From Micrococcus luteus NCTC 2665 (GTDB lineage: Bacteria > Actinomycetota > Actinomycetes > Actinomycetales > Micrococcaceae): 32,000 nucleotides of DNA. Position numbers and translations under genes: made by a program. Each line of letters opens with the position of its first letter. The stretch's first letter is position 1. Of the stretch, positions 1 through 10,219 are shown one piece after another. Under the pieces are notes generated by a model that saw only the letters and a list, made by a program, of their open reading frames with translations, was not told where the DNA came from and ran no database searches. The stretch is from NCBI RefSeq assembly GCF_000023205.1, contig NC_012803.1:60001-92000 (forward strand), given 5' to 3'.

Positions 1-28
1 CTCACGTGACAAGAAAGGAACAATCATC

Positions 29-1894
<1,866 letters not shown>

Positions 1895-1912
1895 CACGGA
1901 GGGAGGATCGCG

Positions 1913-2452
1913 ATGGTCGAGGAGCAGAACGAGGACACGCGGGCCGTGGACCTGCTGAACGAGGACCTCACCGACGTGTCCCCGGAGGAGATCCGTGCCG
2001 CGCAAGCAGCGGTCGCCTCCCAGTTGGAGACGGCCGAGGACCGGTGGCGCCGGGCGGCGGCGGACTACGACAACCTCCGCAAACGAACGGCGCGCGAGAT
2101 CCAGACCGTCCGCGAGCAGGAGCGGCAGCACACCGCCAAAGCCTTCTTGCCCGTCGTCGACGGGCTGGACCGGGCGCTCAGCTTCGGGGTGGACCTTGAC
2201 GAGGGCGTTCTGGGTGGCATGCAGGCCGTCCGGGCGCAGGCCGCTGATGCGTTGCGCGCACTCGGGTACCCCGAGATTGTCATCGACGGTGCGGAGTTCG
2301 ACCCGCAGCTGCACGAGGCGGTCTCGGTCGTCGAGGATGCCAGCGTCCCGCCGGGCAGCATCCTCGCCGTCACTCGCTCCGGGTTCGGAACGCCTGAGCG
2401 GATGCTGCGACCGGCTGCGGTCGTGGTCGCCCGCAGGCCGGAGGAGGAGTAG
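1913..2452 (+). CDS. grpE: Nucleotide exchange factor GrpE
   Basis: 179-aa ORF 18 nt after the dnaK stop, preceded by a GGAGGGAGG Shine-Dalgarno. GrpE-like core: DYDNLRKRTARE, FLPVVDGLDRAL, FDPQLHEAV. Confidence 0.9.
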   Translation: MVEEQNEDTRAVDLLNEDLTDVSPEEIRAAQAAVASQLETAEDRWRRAAADYDNLRKRTAREIQTVREQERQHTAKAFLPVVDGLDRALSFGVDLDEGVLGGMQAVRAQAADALRALGYPEIVIDGAEFDPQLHEAVSVVEDASVPPGSILAVTRSGFGTPERMLRPAAVVVARRPEEE

Positions 2453-2455
2453 GAG

Positions 2456-3349
2456 ATGGCGGAGGACCTCTACAGCGTGCTGGGGGTCTCCCGGTCGGCG
2501 GATCAGAAGGAGATCCGCCGCGCCTACCGGGAGAAGGCCCGCAAGTTCCACCCGGACGTCAACAAGGCCCCGGGGGCGGAGGAGACCTTCAAACGGATCA
2601 GTGAAGCCCACGATGTGCTGTCGGACCCGGAAACCCGCTCACAGTACGACCGGTTCGGTGAGAACTTCCGGCAGTACGCCGCCGCGGACGCGGCTCGCTC
2701 CTCCGAGCAGCCGCGCCGCAGCGGCGGCACCCGATACACGTGGAGCGGGGGCAGCGCGCAGAGCGTGAACTGGGAGGACCTCTTCGGGGGCGGCTTCGGT
2801 GGTTTCGGGGGCGGCTTCGGTGGTTTCGGTCGCGGCGCCGACCGCACCGCGGAGCTGGAGATCACCGTCGAGGAGGCCTACCGGGGCGGGCGGCGCACGG
2901 TGCAGGTCGCGTCCCCGTACGGCGGCGCGCAGGAGTACACCATCGACATCCCAGCGGGCGCTGTCGACGGGCAGCGGCTGCGGATCGCGGACGCCGACGG
3001 ACAGGACGGGGACCTGCTGATCACGCTGCGCGTGAAGGACAGTAAGCGGTACCGGCTCAGCGGCGCGGACATCGAAACGGACCTTCCCATCTCACCGTGG
3101 GAGGCGGCGCTGGGCGCGGATGTCAGCATGCCCACCCCGGGCGGCCCGGTCACCGTGCACGTTCCGCCCGGCTCGTCCACGGACAGGCGGCTCCGCCTGC
3201 GCGGGCAGGGGATGCCGCGCAGGGGACAGCCGGGAGACCTGTATGCGCGGGTGAAGGTCGTCGTTCCCCGCACTCTCAGCAAGAAGGAGAGGGAGCTGTT
3301 CGAACAGCTCCGCGACGAATCGTCGTTTGATGCCAGGAGAGGATCATGA
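2456..3349 (+). CDS. cbpA: Class-II J-domain co-chaperone (CbpA-type DnaJ homologue without zinc finger)
   Basis: 297-aa ORF starting 3 nt after the grpE stop. It has a J-domain with HPD (YREKARKFHPDVNK), a Gly/Phe linker (GGGFGGFGGGFGGFG) and C-terminal substrate-binding beta domains. No CxxCxGxG repeats are visible anywhere in the translation. Confidence 0.85.
   Translation: MAEDLYSVLGVSRSADQKEIRRAYREKARKFHPDVNKAPGAEETFKRISEAHDVLSDPETRSQYDRFGENFRQYAAADAARSSEQPRRSGGTRYTWSGGSAQSVNWEDLFGGGFGGFGGGFGGFGRGADRTAELEITVEEAYRGGRRTVQVASPYGGAQEYTIDIPAGAVDGQRLRIADADGQDGDLLITLRVKDSKRYRLSGADIETDLPISPWEAALGADVSMPTPGGPVTVHVPPGSSTDRRLRLRGQGMPRRGQPGDLYARVKVVVPRTLSKKERELFEQLRDESSFDARRGS
2786..2827 (+). repeat. 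Perfect 2 x 21-bp tandem repeat (GGGGGCGGCTTCGGTGGTTTC) encoding the G/F linker of the J-protein
   Basis: Direct reading: 2786..2806 and 2807..2827 are identical. The repeat is in frame. Confidence 0.85.
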
Positions 3350-3657
3350 CCTCACGTCACCTGCCCGTCCGTGTCGCCCGGGCCGACCTGGCGGCGACCG
3401 CGGTGGCCGCAGGTATCCACCCGGATACGCTGCGGAAGTTCGTCGAGCTGGGGCTGGTCACCGCCCACGTCGACACCAGCGGCCGGCTGTGGTTCGCCCG
3501 TACCGTCCCCGCCCGCGTGCACACCATCGTGCGTCTGCACTCCGATCTTGCCGTGAACTACGCCGGCATCGCACTCGTGCTCGACCTGCTCGCCCGCATC
3601 GAGCAGCTCGAGCAGCACCGGACCATCCGACTTGAAGGAGACATCCCATGGACATGA
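3346..3657 (+). CDS. cbpM: CbpM-like chaperone modulator (MerR_2-type small protein)
   Basis: 103-aa ORF whose ATG overlaps the cbpA stop (ATGA at 3346..3349). The segment [29 protein letters not shown] resembles E. coli CbpM as I recall it ([29 protein letters not shown]). The size and the position after a CbpA-type gene also match. It does not look like the longer HspR with a canonical N-terminal MerR HTH. Confidence 0.65.
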   Translation: MTSRHLPVRVARADLAATAVAAGIHPDTLRKFVELGLVTAHVDTSGRLWFARTVPARVHTIVRLHSDLAVNYAGIALVLDLLARIEQLEQHRTIRLEGDIPWT

Positions 3658-6275
3658 ACTCACTCACTCAGAAGTCGCAGGAAGCGCTCACCTCGGCCCA
3701 GAGCCTCGCGGTCCAGGCCGGTCAGGTCGAAACGGACGAGGAGCATCTCCTGCTCGCACTGCTGCAGCAGGAGGAGGGGCTGGTTCCCCGACTGCTGCAG
3801 GCAGCGGGTGCTGACGTGGAAGCGGTACGCGCCGACGTCGAAGCGGAGATCGCCCGCAAGCCCAGCGTCTCCGGGTCCTCCCCGCAGACCGGTCAGGTGT
3901 ACGTGAGCCGCAGCCTCACCTCCACCCTGGAACGGGCGGAGCGGGAGGCAAAGCGGCTGAAAGACTCCTACATCTCCGTGGAGCATCTCGTTCTGGCCCT
4001 CGTCGACGACTCCTCCAACCGTCCCGCGTCCCGCGTGCTGCGCGGGCACGGTGTCACCCGGGAGAGCTTCCTCAGCGCACTCACCGAGATCCGCGGCAAC
4101 CAGCACGTCAACTCCGCCACCCCCGAGCAGACGTACGAGGCGTTGGCGAAGTACGGCCGTGACCTGGTCGCTGACGCCCGGTTGGGCAAGCTTGACCCCG
4201 TCATCGGGCGTGATGCGGAGATCCGCCGGGTCATCCAGATCCTCTCCCGCAAGACCAAGAACAACCCCGTCCTCATCGGCGAGCCCGGTGTCGGAAAGAC
4301 CGCCATCGTGGAGGGCCTTGCCCAGCGGATCTTGAGTGAGGACGTGCCCGAGGGCCTTCGCGACAAGACCGTGTTCTCGCTGGACCTGTCTGCCCTGGTC
4401 GCCGGCGCGAAGTACCGGGGCGAGTTCGAGGAGCGAATGAAGGCAGTCCTGGCGGAGGTGAAGGCAGCGGAGGGACGCATCCTGCTGTTCATCGACGAGC
4501 TGCACACCCTGGTGGGGGCGGGAGCCACCGAAGGGGCGATGGACGCCGGCAACATGCTCAAGCCGATGCTCGCCCGCGGGGAGCTGCACCTCATCGGTGC
4601 CACCACCCTCGATGAGTACCGCAAGCACATCGAGAAGGACGCTGCCCTGGAACGCCGGTTCCAGACGGTGATGGTCGAGGAACCTGACGTGGAGGACGCG
4701 ATCTCCATCCTCCGCGGCCTGCGCGAACGCCTGGAGGTCTTCCACGGTGTCCGCATCCAGGACAGCGCACTGGTCGCTGCCGCCGTGCTGTCCCACCGGT
4801 ACATCACCGACCGGTTCCTGCCCGACAAGGCCATCGACCTCATCGACGAAGCCTGCGCGCGTCTGCGAACCGAGATCGACTCAATGCCCGCTGAGCTCGA
4901 CGAGCTGACCCGGCGGGTGACCCGCCTGGAGATCGAGGAAGCGGCGCTGTCGAAGGAAACGGACACTGCCAGCAAGAACCGGCTGGAGGAGCTGCGCCGG
5001 GAACTGGCCGACCTGAAGGCGGAGGCGGACTCCAAGCGCGCCCAGTGGGAGGCGGAGCGTCAAGCGATCCGCAAGGTCCAGGAGCTGCGCAGTGAGCTGG
5101 AGCGTCTGCGGCGGGAGGCGGAGGAAGCTGAGCGCTCCTACGACCTCAACCGTGCCGCTGAACTGAGGTACGGGGCTATCGCTGACGCGGAACGACGCCT
5201 GCGCGCCGAGGAGGAGCGTCTCACCTCCAAACAAGGCGGGCAGCGGCTGCTGCGGGAGGTGGTCACCGAGGACGAGATCGCCGAGATCGTCGCAGCATGG
5301 ACGGGGATCCCCGTGGCCCGGCTGCAGGAAGGTGAACGCAATAAGATCCTCACCCTGGACGCCACCCTCAAGGAGCGGGTGGTCGGTCAGGATGAGGCCA
5401 TCACGCTCGTCAGCGACGCGATTATCCGTGCCCGCTCCGGCATCCGCGACCCGCGCCGCCCCATCGGCTCGTTCATCTTCCTCGGCCCCACAGGTGTGGG
5501 AAAGACCGAACTGGCCAAAGCGCTCGCGGAAGCACTGTTCGACAGCGAGTCGGCGATGATCCGGCTGGACATGAGCGAGTACCAGGAACGTCACACCGTC
5601 AGCAGGCTGGTCGGTGCACCTCCCGGGTATGTCGGGTATGAAGAGGGAGGGCAGCTGACCGAGGCGGTGCGGCGCCGCCCGTACAGCGTGGTCCTTCTCG
5701 ACGAGATCGAGAAAGCTCACCCGGACGTGTTCAACACGCTGCTGCAGGTCCTCGACGACGGTCGCATCACCGACAGCCAGGGACGCACCGTCGACTTCCG
5801 CAACACCATCATCATCATGACCTCCAACATCGGTGCCCATCACCTGTTGGGCTCCGATGGCGGCGCGATCCCCGACGACGTGCGAGACAGTGTGCTCGGT
5901 GAGTTGCGCGCCCACTTCCGTCCCGAGTTCCTCAACCGGGTGGACGACATCGTGGTGTTCTCGCCGCTGGGTCGCGAACAGATCCAGGACATTGTGGAGC
6001 TGCAGTTCACCGACCTGCGCTCCCGGCTGGCCGAGCGTCAGATCCGCATCGAGCTGACGCCCGCGGCACGCCAGCTCATCGCCGACCGCGGCTACGACCC
6101 CGTGTACGGGGCGCGTCCGCTGCGACGTTACATCAGCCATGAGATCGAGACTCGGCTGGGTCGTGCGCTGCTGAGCGGGCAGGTGATGGACGGGTCGACG
6201 GTCACGCTGGACGTGCAGGACGGCGACCTCGTCTTCAACATCGCAGCGCCCGCCGAGGAGGAGGACGCGGGGTGA
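3648..6275 (+). CDS. clpB: ATP-dependent disaggregase ClpB
   Basis: 875-aa ORF with two AAA+ modules (Walker A GEPGVGKT and GPTGVGKT), a long coiled-coil middle domain and a Clp N-domain. A GAAGGAG SD lies 7 nt upstream of the ATG. The start overlaps the cbpM-like ORF by 10 nt. Confidence 0.96.
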   Translation: MDMNSLTQKSQEALTSAQSLAVQAGQVETDEEHLLLALLQQEEGLVPRLLQAAGADVEAVRADVEAEIARKPSVSGSSPQTGQVYVSRSLTSTLERAEREAKRLKDSYISVEHLVLALVDDSSNRPASRVLRGHGVTRESFLSALTEIRGNQHVNSATPEQTYEALAKYGRDLVADARLGKLDPVIGRDAEIRRVIQILSRKTKNNPVLIGEPGVGKTAIVEGLAQRILSEDVPEGLRDKTVFSLDLSALVAGAKYRGEFEERMKAVLAEVKAAEGRILLFIDELHTLVGAGATEGAMDAGNMLKPMLARGELHLIGATTLDEYRKHIEKDAALERRFQTVMVEEPDVEDAISILRGLRERLEVFHGVRIQDSALVAAAVLSHRYITDRFLPDKAIDLIDEACARLRTEIDSMPAELDELTRRVTRLEIEEAALSKETDTASKNRLEELRRELADLKAEADSKRAQWEAERQAIRKVQELRSELERLRREAEEAERSYDLNRAAELRYGAIADAERRLRAEEERLTSKQGGQRLLREVVTEDEIAEIVAAWTGIPVARLQEGERNKILTLDATLKERVVGQDEAITLVSDAIIRARSGIRDPRRPIGSFIFLGPTGVGKTELAKALAEALFDSESAMIRLDMSEYQERHTVSRLVGAPPGYVGYEEGGQLTEAVRRRPYSVVLLDEIEKAHPDVFNTLLQVLDDGRITDSQGRTVDFRNTIIIMTSNIGAHHLLGSDGGAIPDDVRDSVLGELRAHFRPEFLNRVDDIVVFSPLGREQIQDIVELQFTDLRSRLAERQIRIELTPAARQLIADRGYDPVYGARPLRRYISHEIETRLGRALLSGQVMDGSTVTLDVQDGDLVFNIAAPAEEEDAG

Positions 6276-6724
6276 GCGCGATTGTGACCTGCCCCAACTG
6301 CGGGAAGAAGAACCGTGTCCCCGCCGCCGCGTCGGGGTACCCGCGCTGCGGTGTCTGCAAGAGCGCCCTGCCGTGGATCGTGGATGCGGGCGATGCGGAC
6401 TTCGCCGAGGTGGTCGAGCAGGCCCCGCAAGTGGTGCTCGTGGACTTGTGGGCGACCTGGTGCGGACCGTGCCGGATGGTCAGCCCTGCTCTCGAGAAGG
6501 TCGCCACGGAACGTGCCGGCAAGCTCAAGCTGGTGAAAGTGGACGTGGACGCCGCGCCGGAGACGGCCCGCAAGTTCTCCGTCCAGGCGGTGCCGACTCT
6601 GCTCATCCTCAACCAAGGGAACGTGCTCTCCCGCCAATCCGGAGCCGCCCCGCCGGACGTGCTGCTGCGCTGGGTGGACGAGGCGTTGCAGAAGATGGCT
6701 GACTCGGCCGGCGGTGACCCATGA
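6272..6724 (+). CDS. trxC: Thioredoxin with N-terminal zinc-ribbon (Trx2/TrxC type)
   Basis: 150-aa ORF with a GTGA start/stop overlap with clpB. It has an N-terminal CPNC...CGVC zinc ribbon and the WCGPC active site. Confidence 0.85.
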   Translation: MSAIVTCPNCGKKNRVPAAASGYPRCGVCKSALPWIVDAGDADFAEVVEQAPQVVLVDLWATWCGPCRMVSPALEKVATERAGKLKLVKVDVDAAPETARKFSVQAVPTLLILNQGNVLSRQSGAAPPDVLLRWVDEALQKMADSAGGDP

Positions 6725-6981
6725 GATACGTCGACCCACACGTCCCGCTCATCCGCCCGGTCCGTCCCCGGACACCCGGGTCATGTGAGGACTGCGTGGC
6801 GGCCGGCACGCCCTGGCTGCACCTGCGCATGTGCCGCACCTGCGGGAGGGTCGGGTGCTGCGACTCCTCCCCGATGCGGCACGCCCGCGCGCATGCGCAC
6901 ACGGCGGGGCACCCCATCGTGCGGTCGCTGGAGCTGGGGGAGAACTGGAGCTGGTGCTACGTGGACGAAGCGTACGTATGA
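6721..6981 (+). CDS. UBP-type zinc-finger domain protein (zf-UBP)
   Basis: 86-aa ORF with an ATGA overlap with trxC. The Cys/His pattern is CEDC-x11-H-x3-CRTCGRVGCCDSS-x3-H-x3-H-x-H-x3-H, followed by WCY. This is typical of the ZnF-UBP fold. Confidence 0.75.
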   Translation: MRYVDPHVPLIRPVRPRTPGSCEDCVAAGTPWLHLRMCRTCGRVGCCDSSPMRHARAHAHTAGHPIVRSLELGENWSWCYVDEAYV

Positions 6982-8690
6982 GTGACACACCCGCCGCCAA
7001 CCGCCGCCAGGTCGCTCAGGCCGAGACGCCTGACACCATCGGCGCTTTCCCACGGCTCAGCGACGAGCAGATCGCGGTGCTGCTCGCACGAGTGCAGCGC
7101 CGCACACTCACCGACGGGGAGGTTCTCATCCGGCCCGGCGAGCGCCCGTCCTCCCTCTATGTCGTTCTGGAAGGGCACCTGCTGACGGCGGACACCGAAC
7201 CTGCGGCGGATCCGCGTCATCCCGATGAGTCGTTGGCGGTCGGGGTGCACGGCCGCGGCCGGTTCGTGGGGGATATCGGGTTGCTGGAAGGACAGCCGTC
7301 TTTCGTACTCGTCTCCGCCATCGGCGCCGCTGAGGTGGTGGAGGTGCCCGTCGATGAGCTGGAGGCCATCGTCACCTCGGACCCGCTATTGGGTGAGATC
7401 ATCCTGCGGGCCTACCTCATCCGCCGCTCCCTGGCCATCGGGGCGGGAGCGGGCATGCGGATCGTCGGCTCCTGCTTCTCCCCGCAGACCCGGGATCTGC
7501 TGGACTTCGTCGCACGAAACCGGCTGCCCCACCGGCTGGTGGACCTGGATGAGGACGAGAAAGCGGAGCGGCTGGTCCGCCAGCTCGGCGCCACCGCCGC
7601 CGACTTCCCGCTGGTGATCCTCGGCGGCTCACGCACCGTCCTGGGTGCCACCCCGGCACGGCTTGCCGAGGAGTTGGGGATGCGCCCGCCCGCCCCGCCG
7701 CCCACCTGCGATGTGCTGGTCGTCGGCGCTGGGCCGGCTGGTCTTGCCGCGGCGGTGTATGCAGCCTCCGATGGGTTGTCGGTCTACCTGTGCGACGCGG
7801 TCGCCAGCGGCGGGCAGGCGGGAACGTCTGCGAAGATCGAGAACTATCTGGGGTTTCCTGCCGGGATCTCCGGCTTTGAGCTCGCCGACCGCAGCCTCCT
7901 GCAGGTGCGCAAGTTCGGTGCCACGTTGGACATCCCGGCCATGGTCCAGGAGGTCGTGGAGGATGAGGACCGCTTCCGGGTGATCTTCAAAGATGGCAGG
8001 GAGGTCACCTCAGATGTGGTGGTCCTTGCCAACGGGGTGCGATACCGTTCGCTTCCCGCCGCGGGGCTGGACCGGTTCCAGGCCTTGAACGTGTTCTACG
8101 CGGCAACAGCGCAGGAAGCGCGGATGTGCGTAGACACACCTGTCGCTGTTGTCGGTGGCGGCAACTCCGCCGGCCAGGCCGCGCTGTTCCTTGCCCGCAC
8201 GTCCCCCCGTGTGCACCTTGTGGTGCGCGCCGCGGACCTGGGAGCGGGAATGTCCAGATACCTGGTGGACCAGATCCAACATCACCCCCGTATCAACGTG
8301 CTGCTGTCCTCGGAGGTCGTGGAAGCACACGGCGGCAACCGTTTGGAAGCGATCACAGTCCGTCACGGTGACGTGCTGGAGAAGCTCCGCGTGGGACACG
8401 TGTTCGTCTTCATCGGCGCCGCTCCGGCGACGACGGGATTGAAGGTCGATGTGGCACGCGATCCCGACGGGTACATCCTCACCGGCGCGGAGGCGGAGCT
8501 GGCCGGCGCGCGGATGGAAGGAAGCCCCCGCTTCTCTTTGGAGACCACCATCCCCGGGGTCTTCGCTATCGGCGATGTGCGGTACGGGTCTGTGAAGCGA
8601 ATGACCTCGGCTGTGGGTGAGGGCGCCAGTGTGGTCCGGCAGATCTACGACTACCTGAACGAGGGTCGCCACAGTCGGGTGCGCGCATGA
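6978..8690 (+). CDS. Three-domain flavoprotein: cNMP-binding-like domain + glutaredoxin-like domain + thioredoxin-reductase-like FAD/NAD(P) domain
   Basis: The start is taken at ATG 6978 (ATGA overlap with the upstream stop; the ORF-track start at 6831 lies inside the upstream gene), giving 570 aa. FAD motif: DVLVVGAGPAGLAAA. NAD(P) motif: VAVVGGGNSAGQAA. C-terminal GVFAIGDV. An N-terminal cNMP-like beta-barrel is present (FVGDIGLLEGQPSFVLVSA). Confidence 0.8.
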   Translation: MSDTPAANRRQVAQAETPDTIGAFPRLSDEQIAVLLARVQRRTLTDGEVLIRPGERPSSLYVVLEGHLLTADTEPAADPRHPDESLAVGVHGRGRFVGDIGLLEGQPSFVLVSAIGAAEVVEVPVDELEAIVTSDPLLGEIILRAYLIRRSLAIGAGAGMRIVGSCFSPQTRDLLDFVARNRLPHRLVDLDEDEKAERLVRQLGATAADFPLVILGGSRTVLGATPARLAEELGMRPPAPPPTCDVLVVGAGPAGLAAAVYAASDGLSVYLCDAVASGGQAGTSAKIENYLGFPAGISGFELADRSLLQVRKFGATLDIPAMVQEVVEDEDRFRVIFKDGREVTSDVVVLANGVRYRSLPAAGLDRFQALNVFYAATAQEARMCVDTPVAVVGGGNSAGQAALFLARTSPRVHLVVRAADLGAGMSRYLVDQIQHHPRINVLLSSEVVEAHGGNRLEAITVRHGDVLEKLRVGHVFVFIGAAPATTGLKVDVARDPDGYILTGAEAELAGARMEGSPRFSLETTIPGVFAIGDVRYGSVKRMTSAVGEGASVVRQIYDYLNEGRHSRVRA

Positions 8691-8814
8691 GCTCCGACAT
8701 CCAGGGACACCAGCGCCGCACGCCGCCCCGAACCCGGCAGCCGTGGGAGAACCCGCGGATCCTCCGGTGGCCCATGCGGGCGTAGCGGGTGGGATCCCCT
8801 CGACGGTGCGTCGG

Positions 8815-9610
8815 ATGAGGTGGTTTCGCCGCATCCCGGTGCTGCACATCGACGAGGAACGTGGCGAGGGCCCGACGGTGCTGCTGCTGCACGGTATCGC
8901 CTCCTGGTCGGTGACGTTTCACCACGTGATCCCGTTGCTCGAGCGCACCCACCGGTGCATCGCCATCGACCTGCTTGGCTTCGGCGAGTCGCCGGCCCCG
9001 GAGTGGGCCGATTACACCCTGGCCGACCATGTCGCCGCTATCGGGCGGATGGTCGCCTCGTTGCGGCTGCGGGAGCCGTTCACTGTGGTCGGGCATTCTA
9101 TGGGCGCCCTCATCGGCGCCGCCCGGTACGCCGCCCGGTACGCCGCCCGGCGGCGAAAGCGCGTCGCGAAGCTCGTGATGGTCAGCCCACCTATCTATCT
9201 GGCACCCCATGAGATCGGGGACGTCGTCGAGCGGGCCCGGATGGACTTCTACCTGCGGCTCTTCGAGTACCTCCGCACGAACCGGGAGTTCACCCTCCGG
9301 CATGCTGCCCTGGTACAGCGGCTGCTGCCCACCCCCAAAGCTGTCGATATCACTGAACGCAACTGGGAGTCGTTCATCAAGTCGTTGCAGCACCCCATCG
9401 AGTCGCAGACCGCGCTCACTCAGCGACATCGCCCATGTCAAAGCCCCCATCGACGTCATTATGGGCGACCTCGACGAGTTCCGCTCCGAAGCCGTGCTGC
9501 GCATCGTGGAGCGGATGAGGGGGGTCACCGTCCGGCGTGTGCGGGCAACGAACCACCTCATCGGCAAGCGCCTCGCCCAAATCGGCGCTACGAAAGTGAC
9601 CACAGAGTAA
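8815..9610 (+). pseudogene. Alpha/beta-fold hydrolase interrupted by a +1 frameshift near 9417..9421
   Basis: Frame 1 (from ATG 8815) gives HGIASW..., the nucleophile elbow GHSMG, and continues to ...IESQTAL before degenerating into Arg/Pro-rich nonsense. Frame 2 continues with a credible hydrolase C-terminus: SDIAHVKAPIDVIMGDLDEF (acid residue) and ATNHL (catalytic His), ending at TAA 9608..9610. Confidence 0.6.
9118..9150 (+). repeat. 2.75 copies of a 12-bp in-frame tandem repeat (GCCGCCCGGTAC) giving ARYAARYAAR inside the hydrolase
   Basis: Direct reading of 9118..9129, 9130..9141 and the partial copy 9142..9150. Confidence 0.8.
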
Positions 9611-9693
9611 TCGAACGGGTGCCACTCCCGTGCCGATATGAAGGTCGAAAAACAAAGAGGTAGTAGTAGCACCCATGGGTGAATCAAACTAAC

Positions 9694-9954
9694 ATGGGTA
9701 CAGTCGGAGACATCCGACGCCACCATATCGGGAAGGAATCGATTCGCTATGACCACGTCCTCCGATCTTTCGGCGAACTTGACCGCCTCGCATCGAGCCT
9801 TCTGCACGCTCGTCCAGGACCGCGGCTGATGCCGGTCGACTTGTACCGGGAAGCTGACCGTGACATTCTCACCGCCGACCTGCCCGGGGTCGAAAGCGAA
9901 AAGGTGAAACCCCGCAAGATTCATGTCCTGAGTCAGCACTCGACTCAGGAGTAA
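9694..9954 (+). pseudogene. Hsp20/alpha-crystallin gene remnant with internal deletion of the beta-sandwich core
   Basis: The translation contains an Hsp20 N-terminal region (RSFGELDRLASSLL...MPVDLYREADRDILTADLPGVESEKV). It joins directly to a C-terminal-type motif (KPRKIHV...stop). About 70-80 aa of the alpha-crystallin domain that normally separates these motifs is absent. The local GC is low. Confidence 0.5.
9926..9950. repeat. Palindrome TCCTGAGTC-N7-GACTCAGGA
   Basis: 9-bp perfect arms at 9926..9934 and 9942..9950. The same CCTGAGTC-N7-GACTCAGG core recurs at 10763..10785. Confidence 0.8.
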
Positions 9955-10219
9955 CGCCCGGCCGGAGACCCATCGATAAGCCAAAGTTAGCCAGACGAGA
10001 GGACCCACACCGACAGAGAACCTGCCGCGGATGTAGGGCACGGAACAAACCAACTCGATGCTTCTCGTTCGCGGCACGCGCCGAACGCAAACAAGGGCGA
10101 CCTTTCCCTGATGCCGAACGGCGCACCATCCGTCCTTGCAAGACCGGAAGACGGGCGTGGGCCCAGCCTTCTGGTCTTAGCACAGTGGTTCATCCACTTT
10201 TCACTAAAGGAGTACTCCC

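Noticed and set aside
9661-9669. TAGTAGTAG triple stop and the adjacent 12-bp palindrome CACCCATGGGTG (9670..9681) in the low-GC spacer.
   Set aside because: These are isolated short features with no partner sites or coding context. They are consistent with degraded non-coding DNA, and I cannot attach a function.
8566-10077. 503-aa minus-strand ORF spanning the hydrolase, the hsp20 relic and low-GC DNA.
   Set aside because: No recognisable domain and no SD. It runs antisense to two ORFs that carry clear family motifs, and its amino-acid composition is erratic. It is most likely non-coding.
9926-10215. CIRCE (TTAGCACTC-N9-GAGTGCTAA) or canonical HAIR heat-shock operators. AGCACTC occurs at 9935..9941 and TTAGCAC at 10177..10183.
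   Set aside because: Only half-site fragments are present. No matching second arm lies at the required spacing, and the TGAGT/ACTCA palindromes have N9 rather than the HAIR N7 spacing.
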